Of a stretch of 64,000 bases of DNA, positions 57,514 through 64,000 are shown piece after piece. A program made the position numbers and the translations under genes. Position 1 is the stretch's first letter. Each line of letters starts with the position of its first letter. The stretch covers positions 930,001 through 994,000 of the forward strand of contig AP026132.1 in NCBI GenBank assembly GCA_030295235.1. The letters run 5' to 3'. The notes under the pieces were generated by a model that was not told the origin of the DNA, did not search any database, and saw nothing but the letters and a program-made list of their open reading frames with translations. Origin of the DNA: Fistulifera solaris (lineage: Eukaryota).

Positions 57514-59275
57514 CTATCGTTTTACAAGCAGGGCGCCACCCTGTCCATTCTTATCTTTCCCACGAGATACGCGATACCCTTGCTCCACCAGCCATTGTAA
57601 TACTGCCGATTCCAATGCACCGCCGCCCTTTTGATGCGTCCGGTTACCGACATGGTGACCCGTACCGGTCACAATCCAAACTTGTTCCGCCATCTCGAGG
57701 CGCTGGGGTAAAACTGTCTCGAGTACTGTAGCAAAAGTCTTGAGCGATTGAAAGTGCAAGTCAATGACACTTTCGTCATGATAGGTTGCGGCCATGACGT
57801 GATTGTATCGTTGTAATGGATCTTCAATGTAAAAAGCCGCGGCGTCTCTGTTCTCGTGGGGATTCCACAAGTCTTGTGGAATCCGGACCGTTGGAACAGC
57901 GGTTGGCGAACTCGATGTAGAAGCAAAGTTCCTTGCGCCGCTGGGGGCTGCAAAGGAAGACGAGCTACTGTAGCCTCTGTAAGCGATGCTGGCAAAAGAA
58001 CCGGGTGGGGATGAAATTGCATACGATTCTTGGAATTGAGTTGGTGCCGCCCAAGATGAAACAGTGCCGCGGTATGCTTGTGCATCGGACTGATAATATG
58101 AACCGTCATCATAAGCGGTAACCACTTCCGGTCGATGTTTATCATGGAATCCGTGGAGAAAGCGACATGTTTCTCCCTTTCCACAACGACCCCGAATCCA
58201 GAAAATGCATGTATGACTGGCAATATTGTGTGAGAACTGACAATCGCTACGGTAGCAACCGGATTGTAAAAGATGGCGACAAATGGGAGGAGCCGTCATG
58301 GCAGCATTGATGACGTATTGCGCGGTGCCAATATCGGCCTGCGCCAGAACGGCGGCTTCGTACGCTGCTTCGTGTGACAAGTCGACATTCATGGAGAGCA
58401 ACATACTTGCAGTAATTTCGTATTGTTCGGGTTCAATAAAGGGATCCGGAACAGACACATTTGTATTTTCTGATGCCAAAGCAGCAGTTTCATCGATGCT
58501 GGATTGTCGCGATCGGGAAGGACGAAAAAGAGCAGCGGCGAGATCCAATGCAGGGTGACTTTTCCTGGTACCGCCTCGACTTGACTTTTTCGAATCTAAG
58601 GCAGGAAAATCGTCTTCATCATGATCAACTGGGCTAGTTGTAACCTCTTCCTGCACACAGGACAAAATGCTTTTGCCTTCTATTCCATCTTCGTCCAGCA
58701 AATGAGGCGGCAACAGACTATCTGCTCGATTCGGTGATATCAAATTAGTTGGTCGCTTTCTTCCTGATTGTGTCGTCTTTACGGCAGATAAGGAAGGAAA
58801 TTCTTCCCTCGTCGTCGGGAGAGATTACAATGCTATCCAAGTGAAACGATGGCTGTGGTTGCGCTGGCACGGAAGTCAAGACGTTGTGATATAGTCCTCC
58901 CAACGATGAGTGTTGTATCTCCGGAACGGGAACCTGATTTTTCAGCACGGATATCGAAATTTCCTCCAATGCATCCTTCACTTCATTTTCCGAGGCAAAC
59001 CCACAATATTCCTGAAGTAATTCTATCAGACCTTCACCGTCGGCGAATTGAGATAAGTCTCCCGAACACTCACGAAGAACTGACGCAACATACGGTCCTA
59101 AGCTGTCATCAGGAAGGGCCTGTCCTCGTTCCAAAGCATGTTTCTCTAGTACCTGCTGCGCATATGCATCGATCAAATCCGGACTCGCGTCCACCATGGT
59201 GGGTTCATCTTTCGAGAAAACGGCGTTCCCATCAAGAGACCAGGCAGAAGACGAAGCTGCCCTAGCGGTCTTCAT
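57514..59275 (-). CDS. Tandem CCCH zinc-finger plus Smr-domain protein
   Basis: CRHLLQSGCYRSDCQFSH and CIFWIRGRCGKGETCRFLH. Smr motifs IDLH, WIVTGTGHH and GALLV. Joined to the upstream ORF via an indel at 58806-58808. Likely ATG 59275. Confidence 0.85.
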
Positions 59276-60083
59276 TCTCTCAGTGATCACTTGAACACTC
59301 CAAAGCCTAAGCCAAGAACTCAAATAGCTCCTCAAACATTACAAAAAGGAGGAGATTCTCGCACCCGCAGTCGTGCTTCGAACGGAATTTATTTACTGCA
59401 GTTCTACTTTTCGGCTGCTGGTTCCTTGAGGCGGTTACTTTCCGGAATGATTACTCTATTTCAGACGATGATAATCTAAACTTGATTTGTAAGTTTTGTG
59501 AAAAGTCTTGTTCATAATAGGGACGTAATAATCGACGCAAATGAAAGCGCGGGCAAGGTTGAAGTACACGCATCACGCGTTCATTTGTTTTTCAACACAA
59601 CACTCTTTGAGTGGGAAAAGATACACAAGCAGCGTGTCTTAGAGTGACTGAAGCATGCCGTGATAGATACAACAAAACAAGGTTTTTCTACTCGATAACA
59701 AAACTATAGAATATAAAGTACTAATTCAATCTTGCCTAATGAATTCGCGTTTGGCGTCAAGCACTCATGACTCATGACTGAATAATCCAGTCAAGAAAAA
59801 AGTAATCTACATTTTGATCTATACTGATCTACTTCTGATTAATAACAATTCGTGTTACTGGCACAGCGGCTACGTATTTTTTCGCACAACATTGCGAGGT
59901 GCGACCTAGAAAAAATACGGCTACGCCGCGACGATCGAGAGCGCAGGAGAGTGCGAGGTGGGAGGGTGAAAAATGCCACCATGATGCGGGCTGACCGTTT
60001 ATCTTATTGTCCATCTATTTTCATGTGACCTCCATCCGGCCTTATCAATAGGAAGCGCTTTGATTCACCTGTATAGAATAAAG

Positions 60084-61390
60084 ATGATGAACGACAAGTT
60101 GAACAAACTTAAATCAGCTTTAAAAGAGCGAGATCCTCGCTACCTTGCCCTTTGTCAGCTAGGCATTTTCGTTCTCTGGCTCAACGTGCTCGTTTTCCTC
60201 AAATGGGATTCCAATATTGGAGTTCCGGATGACATTGTAATAACACCATGGTATGAGTTGCAAGATTATTCGGACAAGTACGATCAACTGGGGCGACTCA
60301 ATACGGAACACGAAAAAGCACTCGTCAAACTGCAATCGCTTCAGAATCGTTTCCATGCCGTGTCCAAAAATATTGACAAAATCCTAGACGAATACGAGGA
60401 CAACTCCCTGTGGAATCAGCAAAAGCTGCTGTTTATACAAGCGACGGACGCATCCTTTCATACACCATCGAAACTCCGTCAGCTTCTTGAAAAGGAGAAT
60501 CTCGAAGATGCGTATCCACTCGAAAATTCTCTTCGCCCCGCATTCCGCGAAGCGGCAGCCGATTTGCAGCAGAATATGGAGCGAGGTATGGGGAACATCG
60601 ATTGGAAAGGATTGCAATCGGAGTTTAGGTCGTTTGCGATTCCTGTGCGGCCTCTGGTGGAAGTGCTACCCAGGAGCTGCGACACAGCGGAAGATGGAGA
60701 AACAGATGACACCAGCCCGACCGAAGACGACATGAATGAAAAGATTCAGATCATTCGAGATTTGGCTGCGAGGCGCTGGCAAGTGCTTCAAAGTCGTGGT
60801 CGTACTGCTTGGCAGCTGCCATTTTCCTTTGAAAAGACGATAGAACGTCAGATGGCGAAACGAGAACTGATGCTGACCGAACTTGAAGCGAGTCGCTTAG
60901 AAATAGCAAAGAACGAAGCGCACTGAAGAGCGATACAAACATGGAGGAAGGAAACATGGAGCAATGCATAAAGTCGCAGGACGTGCTTCCTTGGCTAGAA
61001 GACGGTCTTCAAGCTTTTTTTCGAGGTCGAGACCCTAGGCAAGCGGTCTTACGCAAAGTGATTGAAGCACATCCAAGCGTTGATGCATCTGAGGCTCTGA
61101 TTGAATTACCATCCTCTTCCGACATCTCCAGACAAGAACGAGCAGCACCGAAAAACTTAAGGCAGCTCTTGGATAGCCCGTTAATTATGGAGTCGGGCAG
61201 AAGTATCAATATGATCGTCGACTCTATGGGAGGATATAGCGATTGGTTTGACCAGTATATTGACGGGCTGGGGGTCGACGATGTCGGCAAAGTTGTCATA
61301 AACGCGCTGATGCAAAGAGCAGGTAGAATAAATCTACCTCCCATACCTGAGTTTATCAACAAGTATCGTAAGCAATCCACTTTTCGCTAA
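60084..61390 (+). CDS. Hypothetical type II membrane coiled-coil protein
   Basis: N-terminal TM YLALCQLGIFVLWLNVLVFL. ORFs 60060..60926 and 60941..61390 join via a -1 indel at 60908-60910. Confidence 0.65.
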
Positions 61391-61681
61391 TAATAATTTC
61401 AACAAAGCCTGTTATGCCCACTGTATCGAGGTGTCCTCGTGTTTCGAGCGTGAGGGAAAAAATGTTCTCGGGATGCTAACTGTTCGTAGTCTCTGACGAC
61501 CTTGGAAGCCCCAAGACTATTTTCAGCGGTAGATCGCAGGAATTACATTTGTTAATCAATTTGATAGCAAGAAAGCAAACCGTCGATTGGCGCCGCATTC
61601 TCAGCATTCCCTTAGCATCTAAGGTTTCGTATATTTATGCAAAACCATACACTATTTTAGACAAACGTACGTGATGAGAAA

Positions 61682-64000
61682 CTAGAAGATGACGGCAGAT
61701 TCGTGGGCTGATTGCAGGTTCGAGTTGCTCTTGGTGGCCATAGCTCGCTTCAAGGTCGACATGAAATAATCCTTAGTAGGGCGGTGGCGTCGTTGACGCG
61801 TCTTACTCTCAATGCGTCTGCTGAACTCTTTGAGTAGAATTGAATGCACCTGGCCGTCAATCAAATGGCGTTCTTCTGCCCAATCGAGGAGTTGTGACAT
61901 TTCAGTTTCTACACCACCATCGTCTACCGAGCGATGCAACATTGCTGCAGATTCTTTTATGCGACGAATTTTGAGTACACACTGAGGTTGTTTCCACGGC
62001 TCTCCGTCCACTTGGACGGCAACCTTTTCTTGATCATAATAGTAGCTTCACGACATTGACATAAACGTTGTGCATTGCCAAGGCCCACTTTGATTTGACC
62101 GAGATGAAATGCTCCACGAATCGAAACGATCTCGAGAAGTCCATCTTGACAACTACTCGGACGATCACACGCCGTTACCCGCTCAACTCGTTCTTCATCG
62201 GTCATGCTGAGCTGCGTGTCGTCAATACTTTCAAACGAGTTCGTCCTTTTCAAAAGGGGGCGGGAAAACTCAATCAAGCTCATACTTCTTTTAGGCATTC
62301 TTCGCTGTACCAACCTTGAACGTGTGCTTCGATCTTCAATTTTAGTACCCGTTGACCAAAGAGGGACTCCCCCGGCGTACGAGTCGATATTTAAAAGGAT
62401 AATGCCCTGTGAGTCATGCGGGAGGGGGATTTCGACTCCATCAGCTATCAGCCTAATCTCTTTTCGAATATTGAGACTCGATGCCTTGATGATATCTTCC
62501 GCCCCGAAGACTCCGTACCAAGCCTTGTTTAAGATCCGAGAAAAGAACCAGTCAGGACGAGTCTCACGGAGGTAATGAACTTGTAAAGCAGCTTGTGCAT
62601 CAGCACCAACGCCCAGATAATTGGTGAAATTCTTGACCTCGCTGACTTTTCTTTTTCTTTGTTCCGGTAATAGAGACTTCCCACCTGTCAAGCATGGAAA
62701 TATAACTTTCCGAAATTTGGTTCAAAATACCAAGCAACGACTCGTTGTTATAACCGCCACCCCAACCATGGAAACGAGCCAGGTCGTTCCCCGTTCCGAG
62801 CGGAAGTATGGCTATAGGCGGCCACTTGCGCTTCAGTTTCATCTTCTCAAGTGTACTAATAATCCAACTTACGGTCCCATCGCCTCCACAGACAAGAATA
62901 CGCAAGCGCGTTAAGACACAAAACGATTCAAGAATCACATCAGGACTTCCATCAGCAAGATCCCACACTTGTATTGGATTCAATAGCCGTCGCAATTGCG
63001 TAATAAGTAAATGACCCTGCTGTGGACCTGATCGAGAGTTCACAAAAACCAACAAGGGCGTACACCGAGACCCGGGTAGCATCTCGTCAGCTAGTATGTA
63101 TCCATTTTTGTCCGGCAGCGCAACTTCCACCATAAGCTTATCGAGAGAATCTTGCGAATTCGCCGTCTCAAAGAAACCGTTTTGAGGAGACGCGTCCGGC
63201 GACTGTAGTTGATACTTTCTCTCTGGTGTAACAGGACAACCTGTCTCATCGTCGTCTGCGGTGACGGATGTTGCGGATGAAATGGTTCCTTTTCGCAGGC
63301 TTTTTATTGAATCACGTGACAACACTAAATCCGCATCACTCGCTGTATTCAGTCCACCATTAGGTGATTTCATTTCAGCAATAACGTGCTCTTCAGGTAA
63401 ATTGCTTGGACCTTCGATTTCGTTTTCATTTAGAGTGACAAAATCATCTTTTTCACCAATCGGACTGGACAAGATTCCTTCCTCTTTTTTCTCCTCTTCT
63501 GCCTCCACAAGCAAACTATCGGACAGCGTTCGTGGCACTTCCGTTCTTGTAGAAAACGGAATTTCATAAGCTTTGTCGTCTTCCTCGTCTTCAAGGTCCT
63601 CTATTGTTTGTCGTTCTCGCACGGGCTCGTTGCTGGATTGCCTTTGCCGCCGAATGCCTTGTAACCAACATATTAAAGTCCAACCAGCATGCGCATAATC
63701 AAAGCTGATGATGGACCTCAAAAACCATAACACATAACGAATATACGTCTGTATTCGCCGAGCCGGATTATCATCATCGTCACTGCTTTGTGGTGACTTC
63801 TGTTTGTCATCTCCGTTTGAGACCATTCTTTTTGTTGGACGACGCTGAGCCGCAAGGACTCGACGACAGGATGGTGGTAACACCAGTCGATGATAGTCCG
63901 ATTGAGCTATTTTGTTCTCCCATGCCTGTTCAAAACGTTCTTCGTCCGTGAGAGTGTTTTCATCGACTCGAGCATCGGAGAGTTTCGATTCACTGTCGCT
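61682..64000 (-). CDS. DGK: Diacylglycerol kinase, 5' end beyond the window
   Basis: PLLVFVNSRSG, LVCGGDGTVSW, ILPLGTGNDLAR, NYLGVGADA, QDGLLEIV, VQVDGEPW. Indels near 62647-62650 and 62025-62028. Frame open to base 64000. Confidence 0.93.

Noticed and set aside
3629..62650. Genome-wide programmed ribosomal frameshifting or mass pseudogenisation
   Set aside because: No common slippery motif or adjacent stop codon, both directions occur, any base can form the run, and no nonsense decay is seen. Homopolymer sequencing error explains the pattern more simply.

Overview
Gene-dense eukaryotic nuclear DNA, inferred to be from a pennate diatom. The basis is short 55-95 bp GT-AG introns, signal-peptide-plus-Phe plastid presequences, diatom-style PPR and kinase families, and very short intergenic spacers; the species cannot be determined here. 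About 29 protein-coding genes can be reconstructed: UGGT, GTP cyclohydrolase I, ARV1, diacylglycerol kinase, STIMATE/TMEM110, a GT49 glycosyltransferase, a USP deubiquitinase, a PPR protein, two tandem RING-H2 ligases, and several unusual domain fusions. Roughly 27 single-base frameshifts, almost all in short homopolymer runs, split many genes across the ORF track. They are most likely assembly indel errors and were repaired by hand in the gene models. The main non-coding signals are: (i) a degenerate ~60-bp tripartite motif (TCATGACT..CAGTCGTG..CACT..CTATAGTRAAA) found as solo copies and as the core of three otherwise dissimilar ~200-250-bp tandem arrays; (ii) a CTACGT-N7-ACGTAG dyad element flanking the largest array; (iii) a palindrome-rich satellite with higher-order structure. 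The most novel-looking coding feature is a secreted repeat protein with one module per phase-1 exon. No rRNA, tRNA, CRISPR array or intact transposon could be supported.
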